The position numbers and the translations under genes are program-made. The notes under the pieces are model-generated. The model was not told the DNA's origin. It saw only the letters and a list, made by a program, of their open reading frames with translations, and did not search any database. Positions 51,765 through 62,899 of a DNA stretch of 64,000 nt are shown one piece after another. This DNA comes from Tubiluchus corallicola (Eukaryota; Animalia; Priapulida), in NCBI GenBank assembly GCA_030141605.1, contig JAQGDQ010000582.1:71961-135960 (forward strand), given 5' to 3'. Each line of letters starts with the position of its first letter. Position 1 is the first letter of the stretch.

Positions 51765-51899
51765 ATCATCATCATCATCATCATCATCATCGTCATCGTT
51801 GTTATCATCATCAACATTGTCGTCGTCGTCGTCATCATCATCGTCATCGTTATCGTTATCGTAGTAATTGTCGTCGTCATCATCATCATCATCATCATC
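51765..51899. repeat. (TCA/TCG)n trinucleotide repeat
   Basis: Directly visible. Confidence 0.9.
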
Positions 51900-52001
51900 T
51901 GTTTTCATGCACATGAGTATGCTTCATTTTCATGAGTAATACATTCCTTCAAATTGTAAAAATAAAGTCATCTGATCCAATTCAATCCAATCCAATTTAT
52001 A

Positions 52002-52325
52002 TAAAGTAATACTTTTGCTTTGTTAGTGAATTGTTGCTACGAATGCTCTGTTATGCAATGTTACTTAAACTTGTTCAAAACGAGCCATCAAAATAAAGTT
52101 TAAAAAGTCGAAATTTATATCACTTACAAGTAGTGTTATTTCATACAGAGCATGCGTTAGCAGTAACTCCTGTAAAACTTGCGAAATTAAACTCCCTCGA
52201 TGACCGTTAACCGCAGCCATTTTAACAGTAAGTCGTTTGTAGCAAGTTTAGATAAGATTGCATAAGTTTGAAAAATAAACAGAGCATCCGTAGTGCACAC
52301 TTTGCTAACTAATCAAAAGTATTAA
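52002..52325. mobile_element. Foldback/MITE family G (related fragment at about 5150-5270)
   Basis: Inverted ends AATACTTTTG...CTACGAATGCTCTG / CAGAGCATCCGTAG...CAAAAGTATT; shares GTTAAAATGGCTGC with 5243-5256. Confidence 0.55.
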
Positions 52326-52799
52326 TATATTGCCAATAAGAACAATAACGTGTTTTTTTAGGTGAATCAGTGGCGCACAATGGGATTGTGCTGCAGTGCT
52401 GTTTTATCAGCTGGTGGGAACATTTAAATTCCTGCGAATTTTCTTTTCTAGTTACGCATGTCTTTCAAACCATTTCGCTCCATTTCATAACTCATTAGCT
52501 ACTCTCACATACATCAATGTATATATTTATCATTATCTTATTTATTAATCCTTTAAGATTTCCACGTACAGTTTGGCCTGTCAAGCTATGGTTTTAGGTT
52601 CAAACAGTATGCATCAAAACTATTGTTTATATGTTAGCTAAAAACTCTTTACTTGTATTATCTAGACTATGTTTTATTTATATTTATATTTGTATTTACT
52701 TTATCAGAAAATTATTTTCTCTATTTTAGTGATATTATTGTAAGATGCAGTGTGGAAATAAATAAACTCTTAAACTCTTGTCAATCTGACCTTCCTTGT

Positions 52800-52995
52800 G
52801 ACTTTACATCGTTAAGATTTAATGACGGCCCGCTTTTGGTACAACCTGTTTTCAAACTCACTATGATTCATAAACGATCCTCCAGGGCATGCGGCCCTTA
52901 CTATTGAAACTTGTTGCCTTATGAACTAGGAATGTGCATTAATTTTGGTACTTTTATATCCAAGTTGAAAAGTCACTAGTTCTTAAAACCATAAT
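52800..52995 (+). mobile_element. Possible L2-type LINE 3' ORF remnant
   Basis: Degenerate RS....GP..(W)NLLP.EL....FISKLKSH pattern. Confidence 0.4.
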
Positions 52996-53243
52996 GCGAT
53001 TCCTAAAGACTGTTTTAAATCACCTTTGTAATTTCATAGTTTTACTTGTATAAATCGTACAATTGAAAATTTATTTGAAATGTTTGCATGATTCTTAGAG
53101 ATGTTTCAGCTTCATAATGAAAGGTTTTTGATATTTCAATTTAAATTGAAAACTCACTGGCTTAACGTTTTTATTTTTTTCTTGATGTATATTGCGCCCA
53201 CTTTTTATAGTTTATAATTTTATGTAAATTTATTATCTTAATG

Positions 53244-53459
53244 TTATGTGATGTATTCTTCGCTGGTACCGGCGACAGATACAGTAGGCCTTTTCACTTT
53301 TTCAATTTTCGCAGTTGGAGCAATATGTGCGGGTGGTGCCGCCTCTGTGTTCGTGGAATGATTGCCACGATGTATTTGCAGGAGTTCGAGAACGATAGCC
53401 TCCGACAAGTCCTCTGTTGCATAATTGCAGCCAGTAATTGGGCATTGGACAATTGGCAT
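53244..53459 (-). mobile_element. Truncated gag-like N-terminus of a Ty3/Gypsy-type retrotransposon
   Basis: MPIVQCPITGCNYATEDL..IV..LLQIH...H...AKIEKVKRPTVSVAGTSEE resembles gag starts I recall from marine invertebrate LTR elements; no LTR or pol seen. Confidence 0.5.
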
Positions 53460-53730
53460 TCTCCCGCCTGATCAAAAATAACTTTGGAAGTTTTTGCTCA
53501 ATCAAAGTGGTTTATTTATGATATTGCAGCAATGATCAGGCTGAAACAACAACAACAAAATAATTACATGTAATACTGCATAGAGCGTAAGTACAAATAT
53601 AAATGTTTCGAATGATACTAATTTAAGAATTGTTCCTTTAATCACAAAAGTAAAACTGCAAATAATATACCGTTTTAAATGTTAAACATCTGCTTGACAC
53701 TGCATTAAGTTCTTATTGTTAAATGTGTTA

Positions 53731-54325
53731 AATCATCATCATCATCCAATGAATCACACGTCCAGTGACATGATTCTGCTCACCTCCCTATGCCAGGACT
53801 CACTGCTCGCCGCAATGCCCCAAGTACATTTATTTCTAAGGATCAATGCTGAAGTGTTTAAATTTTTCTGTGCAAATTCTAAATATGTTAACATTTGTCC
53901 TCCTGCAGGTTTGTTAGCTGGTTCTATGGCTTGATGAAGAGCTACCTTCACCGGAATATCATCAGGTAGTCTAAGCATATGCCCAATCCATCTTAAACGG
54001 CGTCTTTTTATTTTTCTTGTCCAAGATTCTTCTTTTATTTTTTCATATAGATCTTTGTTTGAAATTTTCTTTGCCCATCTAATACCCAAAATATTTCTGT
54101 AATTTCGCCTTTGAAACGCATCGATTTCAGCTTTATGATTTGCTTTTAATGTCCAGAGCTCAGGGTTATACAGAAATACAGTTTCGACTAAGGCTGAGAA
54201 TATTCTAATTTTTGTTTCCAAAGAAATCTTCCTATTCTCAAAAACTTTTGTGAGTAATGCCATTATCTTCCGTCTTGATATGTCGTCTTCTATTGCCAGC
54301 AGACTACCGAGATACTTGCATCTTG
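53731..54325 (-). mobile_element. RTE-type LINE 3' end with (TGA)n tail
   Basis: KYLGS upstream; TKIRIFSALVETVFLYN.E.WTL, ILGIRW, IKRRRLRWIGHMLR; TGA-repeat tail at about 53733-53745. Confidence 0.85.
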
Positions 54326-54508
54326 AATCGGTAGTGGTGCTGACAAGCCACTGACTTTAATTTTCATCTAAATTAAAGTATTTTGTTTTAAATGCTCGCC
54401 TGCTTGTATGGCTGGGCATCCTGAAATGTGTTAAAAATCAAGCTGAAAATTTACCCATGTTAGTATCTCATCAAACCTCCAAAGTAGGAAAAATTGTAAA
54501 AAGATTGG

Positions 54509-54539
<31 letters not shown>

Positions 54540-55744
54540 TACGGTGTGGTGAAAATAACTTTTTTTCATATATACACATATATATAGTGTCAATATATAT
54601 CTGGTCTCTAAAGTGTATAGTCCATTATCTAAATGCAAAGTAAACACACATATACACAAAATATAGCAAGAAAAAGTTAGTATAAACACACAAAAAAGAA
54701 AAAAATTAGTAGCATAAAATTAAATTAAAACGACGACAATGATTGTATACATAATAGTACATAAAAATATCGTTAGTTTTCGCATATCCTTCTCAGATAA
54801 TCGTAAACACACATTAAAAGCATTAATAACTAGTTCATGTTACCAAACCTTAAAGATAAGCTATACTTTCTGCATGTATGTCTCTAATGTCTGCAGTATA
54901 TTTTAATTGTAGCAGCAGTTAAATGCGGTTATTGATTGGTTATTGTCTCTTGGCAACACTTACCCATTTACCAATTTTAAATGTCATGTGCGCCTTTACA
55001 AGATGAAACCACGGTAGCCGTCCACTCTGTGTGTTTTATCATTGCTTGTATACGTGTAGTTTGGTGGCATAGCATGCAGTAAAGTGGTGTTAGCAATGTT
55101 CTGTGAAACTATTACTATTATTGTGTACGTAGAATTATGTGCCTAAAAATGTAGTCACCATTATGCCATGCGCATTAATTTGTCCAGTTCACTTTTGAAG
55201 CTCATCTTCAATTTTGTTTAAAAACCATTTACACTGACCTCCTCGCCAGCAACGTATCAGGACATTAGGACGATAGGTGTACGAGAGGAAATTTCGCAAG
55301 GGGGTCAGAAAGAATTTGTCTTGAAAATTTTCTAAGTTGCACGTGTTTGAGAGTGAGTGATTTCGAAATAAGTGCAAACCATGGACTACATCATTATGTA
55401 CCGTATAGACTGACTAAAAGTATCTAAAACAAAGTACTTACAGGTCTATATGTTTGTGCTTATTTGTATTTATACGAATTTTTAGTCAATATAACATATA
55501 CAGAGTGCCAAGAAATGACAGCCTCGCTATACATAAAAGCAATCACAAGTAGATGTGAACGTATTTTTAATATTTTTAATCATTACAATATTTTTAAGGT
55601 TCTTTTCATTCACTTTTGTCAGAAATCAAAAATTAATGAAGGGAGAAAAAGAAATCTGTATTGACACCATTCCCATTGAGAAACCAACTTGAATCGTACC
55701 CCTATTCATTTCTGGCACTCAATGCTGCGAATAATGGATACCAA

Positions 55745-55935
55745 AGCAAAACCGGACCGAATCCTAAACTGTAGGTGAAAACCATTTGTTCTATAAAATA
55801 TTGGAAGGAAACATACTAGTTTTTTTCGAAAACGACACGTGAAAGAATTATTACCACGCAAACACAATTTCACGTTCACGCTACTAGTTGTTCGCTGTTA
55901 CATGCATTTCGCCATTCGCTAATTAGAGACCAACA
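55745..55935 (-). mobile_element. Family A element, one end only
   Basis: AGCAAAACCGGACCGAATCCTAAACTGTAGG...CATGCATTTCGCCATTCGCTAATTAGA. Confidence 0.75.
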
Positions 55936-55944
55936 AGCGTTCAA

Positions 55945-56483
55945 GACCTGTGTGGCGCAACAAAAACTATTTTTCCATACAGACAATTACAAGATTTTTG
56001 CAGTTTTACGATTCTTTTAGTGAAAATGCGCGTTGTACAATTTGCAGTTCAAAAACTCGGTGATTTTGCTGATTTTACTTGTTTTCTCATTGTTCTTGCA
56101 ATGCCGTAGAGAGAAGCGTACTCAAACATGTGATTGCCCAAACGTCCTGGAAAGATTCGACGAAGAGTAATGTAGTTGTTGCTTTGAGGAAGATATTCTT
56201 AGGTTCTATTGTTGTAAAGTGGGATAATTCCTTTGTATTTTGCTAATCTTTTTTCTTCTTCTGTCATAAATAATTTGGTGTCTTCAGTGGACCACCTTGC
56301 CTGTCCCTGTATCTCGGTGTTGTGCAGCGAGGTAGGAACATCTGCTACGCCAGTTTCTGTGCCGTGTTTTCTCGATGAAGCACCTTTGCGAGTTTGCATG
56401 AACACGCCATAAAAACAAATGCAAAGAAATAAACTGAGAGCATATCGTTCTGGTTGCGAAACTCGGTGGAGACGCCAATACAT
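55945..56483 (-). pseudogene. Alpha-1,2-fucosyltransferase (GT11, FUT1/FUT2-like) 5' fragment, pseudogenised
   Basis: ATG 56483, TM-like YALSLFLCICFYGVF, stem, in-frame TAA at 56201-56199, then same frame GRLGNHMFEYASLYGIA (56147-56097); further stops; truncated at a family A element. Confidence 0.8.
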
Positions 56484-56621
56484 CAGATTGTGATTATTCT
56501 GACGTCAGCATTTCCTGTAATCATGTCATTAATGCAATTTTAACACAATTACGTGATAACCAATTTGGCATTGTAGGCTTAGATGTTGAATTTGTGCAAC
56601 TGAAGCAGTGAGAAAGAACAG

Positions 56622-56819
56622 AAAAAGAGAGGGAGAGAGAGGGAGAGAGGGAGGAGGAGGGAGGGAGGCAGCGGGATAGGGAGGGGAGAGAGGGAGGGGA
56701 GAGAGGGAGGGGGGAGGGAGGAGAGAGAGAGAGAGGGAGGGAGGAGAGAGAGAGAGAGGGAGGGAGGAGAGAGAGAGAGAGAGAGGGAGGGAGGGAGGGA
56801 GGGAGGGAGGGAGGAGAGA

Positions 56820-56909
<90 letters not shown>

Positions 56910-56910
56910 G
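56622..56910 (+). repeat. Polypurine (GA)n/(GGGA)n tract, about 290 bp
   Basis: Directly visible. Confidence 0.95.
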
Positions 56911-57042
56911 TGCAAATCGTGAACGCTTTTTATGGAGTTTCTGTGGAAGTATGCATGTTCCAGCTGAACTATGAATTTTGCAGTGTATGCGGCGTAATGA
57001 GTTATGATAAAAAACCACAATGTATTACAGCCAGTAAAAAAG

Positions 57043-57607
57043 AGCAAATATCTTAAACTGTAGGTCAAAACAACCTACTCTTTAAAATATTGAGAGGGAA
57101 CATACTATTTTTCAAAAATGACTTACGTGAAAGAATTATTACCACACAATATCGTATTCGCGCCACTAGTTCTTTGCCGTTACATGCATTTCGCCATATT
57201 CGCTGTTTAGACGGGTACTAGCGCCTGCATTTTGGAAACGCATTGCACAAAAATAGGTGCTGTACCTCTCAATTCAGATGCGTTAGTTTGTGACGAACTA
57301 CAAACGTTCGACAGCTCATGCGTGAGATCAGCGGAAAATGTGAAATTAGAATTTTTATCTTAGAGCTTGCCTAGTTTTAGTGCAATACACTGAATCTCTT
57401 ACAGTAGCAATCTTCCCTTTCGCAAACACGTGCAACACGCTCGCGGCATATTTTTGCGGTTGAAAATTATGTTTGTGATGTCATCAATAGTTGGGCTCGT
57501 CCGCCGCTGATTAGGTTTTTACTCTATTATTAAATTATCAGAAACGCTTTTGCACTATTAACTGTATTAAAATGTATACTTTCTGTGAAAAATCATCCTG
57601 TCTTCCT
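57043..57607 (-). mobile_element. Family A non-autonomous DNA element (Kolobok-like)
   Basis: Reverse-complement homolog, ends TGAAAAATCATCCTGTCTTCCT|TTAG. Confidence 0.8.
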
Positions 57608-58034
57608 TTAGGATAAGATCGTTTTCCACTCAAAATTAAATGTTCTTTATAATCAGTTTTCATCTGTTCTTTTTGGTTTCTTCTGCACTGTGGGGGCAAT
57701 TATTTCCTGACACTCCGTAGCATTTGCCAGTATATAAATGCAAGAAGTCCAAATCACAATGACATTTAGTGAAAAACACGAGTCTATAAAGATACACGCA
57801 TTACAATCCCAAAAAGCAAAAATTCTAATACTTCCAGATGTACTTTTTCTAACTTGCAAAATTTAGTTCATTTTCTTGCTCTACTGAAATTTTCAATGAT
57901 ACAGCTTATATACAAACTAGGTATAGATGTGCTCACATAGATGCACACCCTGACCCCCGGCTCGTACGCCAATGATTACGACTCGCCAAGCTCATAGTGC
58001 AGTGCATAGTATTATCGAGCCATGGTATAGTAAT

Positions 58035-58225
58035 ACTGATGATAATGATGATGAAGATGATGATAATGATGATGATGATGATGACGACGATGACAATGAC
58101 GATGGTGATGATGACGATGATGGCGACGACGACGACGTTGATGATGATGGTTATTGTGATGATGCTGACAATGATGACAATGATGATGATAATTGTCACT
58201 GGTGATGATAACATTGATAACAATG
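58035..58225 (+). repeat. (GAT/GAC)n trinucleotide repeat
   Basis: Directly visible. Confidence 0.9.
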
Positions 58226-58366
58226 TAAAGCAGCAATGTAAAGTCAATTAGAAGCATTTAAAGTATTAGTGGAGTGCTGCTAAAGAAAAGTTCGCAGAGC
58301 TAGTTTAAGTCATATTATTGATAAACGACAATGATGCCGCCATAATGACATAATTAATCATCGTAA

Positions 58367-59143
58367 CCCTTAGCCGACCAAAATGTTATAAAAAATTACC
58401 CTAGAGATGTTTACTCACACTTTTTTATATTGATGCATATAACGAATAATTTTCAAACTGGTAGTGATTAAATATCTTTCAGTTGTTTGTTATGCAAACA
58501 CCCCTTGGTGAATGTTGAAAAGTATTATTCGTGGTTTTTATAAAACACAAGTGCCAGATACTACCTTATGTGGGATAATTTATTTCCCCACTTGGATTTT
58601 TATGTAGGCAAAATTTTGGATTTTACATGGAAGTATTTTTCTTTCTAGCAGTACCATATGCTTACCTTGACAACTGAGAAGTGTTCCAAACCAACCTCCA
58701 ATTGCAGGCCACCGTTCTGTAAAGTAATTTTTCTTACAATCTGTTGAGGAAATTTCGCATTTGTGGGCATTCTCCATTTAGTAAATCTTGCTGTAAGAGG
58801 TGACTAAGCTTGAAGCTGATAGAAATTAAATTTTAGAAGATCCAACAAGTGAAGATGAAGTGGATGTATCAGAATTAAACAGTGAAAATCATTAGCCTAT
58901 TAGAAGAATTGTCACAAGACTAGACAAACACATGAATAATATAGTACAATGGTGCAATACCCCATTTATCCTTGGCGCCGAAATATATCGTTACCAATTT
59001 GTCGCAGAACTTGATTTTGTACTACCAGGAGCAACCAGTCATTCTATCCAGCAAATAGCAATGTTAAGAAAAACTTTCATGGGGTAATTTGTAACCCTAC
59101 TTGGTCTTTATCATGATATAAAAGCTCCTTGGTCGACTAAGGG
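58367..59143. mobile_element. Old piggyBac-like deletion derivative
   Basis: TIR CCCTTAGCCGACCAA / TTGGTCGACTAAGGG; inner inverted AAATTACCC/GGGTAATTT; TTAA flanks decayed. Confidence 0.6.
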
Positions 59144-59282
59144 GAGAAAGTGTTTTGCAGGGAAAATCAAAAATGGAATGGACAGGGACAGTGGGCAAAG
59201 TGTGATGCAGAAACGAGGAAAGTTATTGACAAACGTTTTATTTACTTTTTGTTTTTCTTATACAGAACATTATTTGGGTCTT

Positions 59283-60587
59283 ATGGAATTCAAACGGAAA
59301 TGGCTATTTGTCGTCGAATCTCTGGTCGCTGTCCAGTTCGGTTTAATATTAGTATATGTATGGATCAATGGCGATACTAACTCAGTGTCATGGCATAAAG
59401 GAAGACATTTAAAAACAAAAGTTAGCCAGAATCTCACCTTTGTGTCTCCGTATAAATTTAAGTTTTATAATCCGTTACGTCCAGAAGTGTTCACTCTGCC
59501 AGATTTGGATAGTATCGCTTCAGAAACGTGTTACAAAAAGGGCACAGTAGAGATATTGCAGAATAATTCTTGTACTTGTAAAGCTGACTGGCATGGTCTT
59601 AGGTGTGATATCCCTGATATCGTCTACAAATCGAACATTAACAAGTTTCAACATGATCTCGTTAGACGCAAGACGCCCAGACGAATACTAAATGGGATGA
59701 ATGTGAATCACGAAGTTGACCATTTAGAAATTCGTATTCACGAACTGTGGAATGTGGTGGATGCCTTTATTGTGTGTGAATCGAACTATACTGCTTTTGG
59801 TACTCCTAAAAATCTAACAATATTTTCGCTGCTGAGACAGGGCTTCCTTCGGGAATTTCAAAGTAAGATTTTATACGTATTTCTGGATCATTTTCCAGCA
59901 GGAGGCAGAGAAGATGGCTGGATTGCAGATGATTACTTGAGAACTTTTTTGGGAAGACAGACTCTAAAGCAAATCAGAGGCATCAAGCTTGATGATATTT
60001 TTATTTTAAATGATGCTGATGAAATACCCCAAGAAAAAGCGGTGTGGTTTCTCAAAAATTATGACGGCTATCCAGAGCCGATCGGGTTTTGGTTTCAGTG
60101 GTCATACTATGGTTTCTTCTGGACTGGACCAGAAAAAAATGGAATTTCTCGCCACTTGAAGAAGGTTGGCGCAGCTAGTATTGGTTTTTTACAGGATGCT
60201 TATGAAAACAATTTTATTCTCCTGAGACGTAAATCCCTGGAAAACATCAAAAGGAATGCGTACAAAATTCACAAGGTGCAATTGTGGTCTATGGGTTTAC
60301 CTTATGGACCATTTGCAGGCTGGCATTGTTCTTGGTGCTTTACACCTGATGGTATTAGGACTAAGCTCATATCTGCTCAAAATGGCGATTTTCCTCGCTG
60401 GGGGAACTACCCGACTAAAACGAATGTGTCTTATATCAGAACCCTAATTCGGGATGGACGGTACTTTGATGATGCTAAGAAATTTTCGTTTTTGACATCC
60501 ACGGCGTCTGAAAACTTCTTTGCGCCAGAATATGCGGTGAGAAATAGCGAAAAGTTTTCGTATTTGTTGAAAAATCCTTATCTGTAA
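59283..60587 (+). CDS. MGAT3: Beta-1,4-mannosyl-glycoprotein 4-beta-N-acetylglucosaminyltransferase (GnT-III, GT17), about 434 aa, single coding exon
   Basis: C.C...WHG..C, RRILNGMNVNHE, VDAFIVCESNYTAFG, GWIADDYLRTFL, DADEIP, YGFFW, GWHCSWCF..DGIRTKLISAQNGDFPRWG. Start placed at ATG 59283, after a strong acceptor (tacag ending 59265) and just before the TM; the ORF track starts at 59178. Confidence 0.9.
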   Translation: MEFKRKWLFVVESLVAVQFGLILVYVWINGDTNSVSWHKGRHLKTKVSQNLTFVSPYKFKFYNPLRPEVFTLPDLDSIASETCYKKGTVEILQNNSCTCKADWHGLRCDIPDIVYKSNINKFQHDLVRRKTPRRILNGMNVNHEVDHLEIRIHELWNVVDAFIVCESNYTAFGTPKNLTIFSLLRQGFLREFQSKILYVFLDHFPAGGREDGWIADDYLRTFLGRQTLKQIRGIKLDDIFILNDADEIPQEKAVWFLKNYDGYPEPIGFWFQWSYYGFFWTGPEKNGISRHLKKVGAASIGFLQDAYENNFILLRRKSLENIKRNAYKIHKVQLWSMGLPYGPFAGWHCSWCFTPDGIRTKLISAQNGDFPRWGNYPTKTNVSYIRTLIRDGRYFDDAKKFSFLTSTASENFFAPEYAVRNSEKFSYLLKNPYL

Positions 60588-60980
60588 AGCAAGGTGTGCG
60601 ATAAAAACTGCACTGCAAAAATTGCACAGGAAAAAAAGCACAATTGGAAAAGTAGAGAGAAAAGTAGTTGTAACTAGGTTACATTTTTCACTTTTGTACT
60701 CATCCGTTTGGAGTTCTCATCAAAACTATACTGACATACCCAAACTAGAAGGATTAATTGACAATTTTTTTTATTTTTATGTATACCTCTGGAATCTGTG
60801 GTGGATATGTTCCTATTTTTATTACTTTTCCTAGTTTAGTGTTTACGACTACTGCACAGAATTTCAGGACTAAAATGTTATTTTAACCTTGTTAAAAAGA
60901 GGCTACTGCTTAGAAGGAGTTGACAGGAGTTGATATACACCAGCTGGCGCCAATACATATTCCACATTGAAAATTGTCAC

Positions 60981-61665
60981 AATGTACATCACAATAGTAA
61001 ATGTTAATGTAAATCTGTGAACATACATCAGTGAATGTAAGTGTACATCACAATAGTAAATGTTAATGTAAATCTGTGAACATACATCAGTGAATGTAAG
61101 TTTGTGAACATACATCAGTGAATGTAAGTTTGTGAACATACATCAGTGAATGTAAGTCTGTGAACATACATCAGTGAATGTAAGTCTGTGAACATACATC
61201 AGTGAATGTAAATCAGTGAACCTACATCAGTGAATGTAAGTCTGTGAACATACGTCAGTGAATGTAAATCTGTGAACATACATCAGTGAATGTAAGTCTG
61301 TGAACATGCATCAGTGAATGTAAATGTAAGTCTGTGAACATACATCGGTGAATGTAAATCAGTGAACATACATCACCGAATGTAAGTCTGTGAACATACA
61401 TCAGCGAATATAAATGTAGGTCTGTGAACATACATCAGTGAATGTAAATCAGTGAGCATACATCAGCGAATGTAAATGTAAGTCTGTGAACATACATCAG
61501 TGAATGTAAGTCTGTGAACATACATCAGTGAATGTAAATCAGTGAACATACATCAGAGAATGTTAGTCTGTGAACATACATCAGTGAATGTAAATCAGTA
61601 AGCATACATCAGCGAATGTAAATGTAAGTCTGTGAACATACATCAGTGAATGTAAATCTGTGAAC
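60981..61665 (+). repeat. 28-bp minisatellite with 34-bp variants (more than 20 copies)
   Basis: Unit AATGTAAGTCTGTGAACATACATCAGTG. Confidence 0.95.
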
Positions 61666-62899
61666 TCTTTTGACTGAGGTTGAAATATATACAAATAAAA
61701 ATGTCGCAAAAATTCCTAGCCAATCCAGAAAGTCATCAGCTGTTACTTCAAGCATACAAGATAGCAAGACTCTGCAACAGTGATTTGTATAAGTATTGGA
61801 ATGGACTGCCTAGAATCAGTGTAAGTGAATAGTATGAACAGCAATAATCTCTGTAAGAAACAGTATCTCAACTAAGCGAGAGAAATATAAAGAGTTTAAC
61901 TCATGCTTAATAGCACCCGTTGTTCCGGATTCAACGCCTGAGATGTACCGCATTGCCTATACGCGGTAATGGCATAGTAAGAAGGCAGGTTAGTGGGAGG
62001 CACCATAGACTGTACTTCACCAGGAGGCCGGTGTCGTTTTACTAGCAAGCCCTAAGCTTCACTTCAAAAAGTTAATGATCGGCGTGTGACAACAGTTAAT
62101 ATTCTTCCAGATATTAGAAAATGTAATAATGATACGTCTTACCAGCAACTTCGGTTCTGCACAGAATAAATCTGACTCTGCATACATCAACACTATGGCA
62201 AATGACAGTCTGTCCCATACCAAAATATGGCTTTGCACCTCAGATTGATGTATATAGGTTAGTTGACTTTAACAGTGGGTCTAGCTTTACCAACATCACC
62301 AGCTACAGCTACACCAAGCTAACCATTGTCGGCTCCAAAATCACTTTCATGTATTACCAACATTTATTCACTGCTTTTTATTAACATGGCTGCTTACAAC
62401 ATCAAAACTTTAGCAGCTCTCTACCTGAACTAACTTTTCTAGGCCACTGTTCTGGCTTCCACTCACTATACATGTACACTGTCAATGTGTATCTGTATGG
62501 CATTTCTAAAATTACATCTGTATGCAGATGTGCAAAACAAGTGAAATTTATACGAGGATACACACATCTTGGTTTCACTGTATTGACTATTCATCCATGA
62601 TGATCTTTTGGTAATTCACTCACTAACAGGAGTTGGTTGGTACAAAGGAAAATAGAAGTTTTGCGCTATCCCCAACAACTAAACTAAACATAGATCTGCC
62701 TTCAGTTTACTTAAAAAACTTCAGGATAAGAAAGTAACAGCCATCTATTGGTAAAACAAGTCAGAAACGATACAACAAAAATTAATCAATTTAAATAAGC
62801 AAATGACAACAGACATATCATATCCAAAAGGTTACAGTGGAATTTCAATAAAACTTTGCTGAAATCTACTAGTTTCATTTTTGCACAGGAATGTAAACT

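Noticed and set aside
56521-57068. 165-aa and 179-aa Leu/Ser/Pro-rich ORFs
   Set aside because: Translations of the (GA)n tract.
57933-58257. Poly-Asp, poly-His, poly-Ile and poly-Met ORFs (also 51693-51914)
   Set aside because: Translations of trinucleotide microsatellites with no splice or homology support.
59178-59282. Long N-terminus of MGAT3 from the ORF-track start
   Set aside because: It spans a polypyrimidine tract and acceptor; ATG 59283 gives a typical short cytosolic tail before the TM.
60981-61665. Regular 28-40-bp repeats (also at 12160, 35081, 36420, 40360) as CRISPR arrays
   Set aside because: Units are head-to-tail with no unique spacers, there are no cas genes, and the context is eukaryotic; these are minisatellites.
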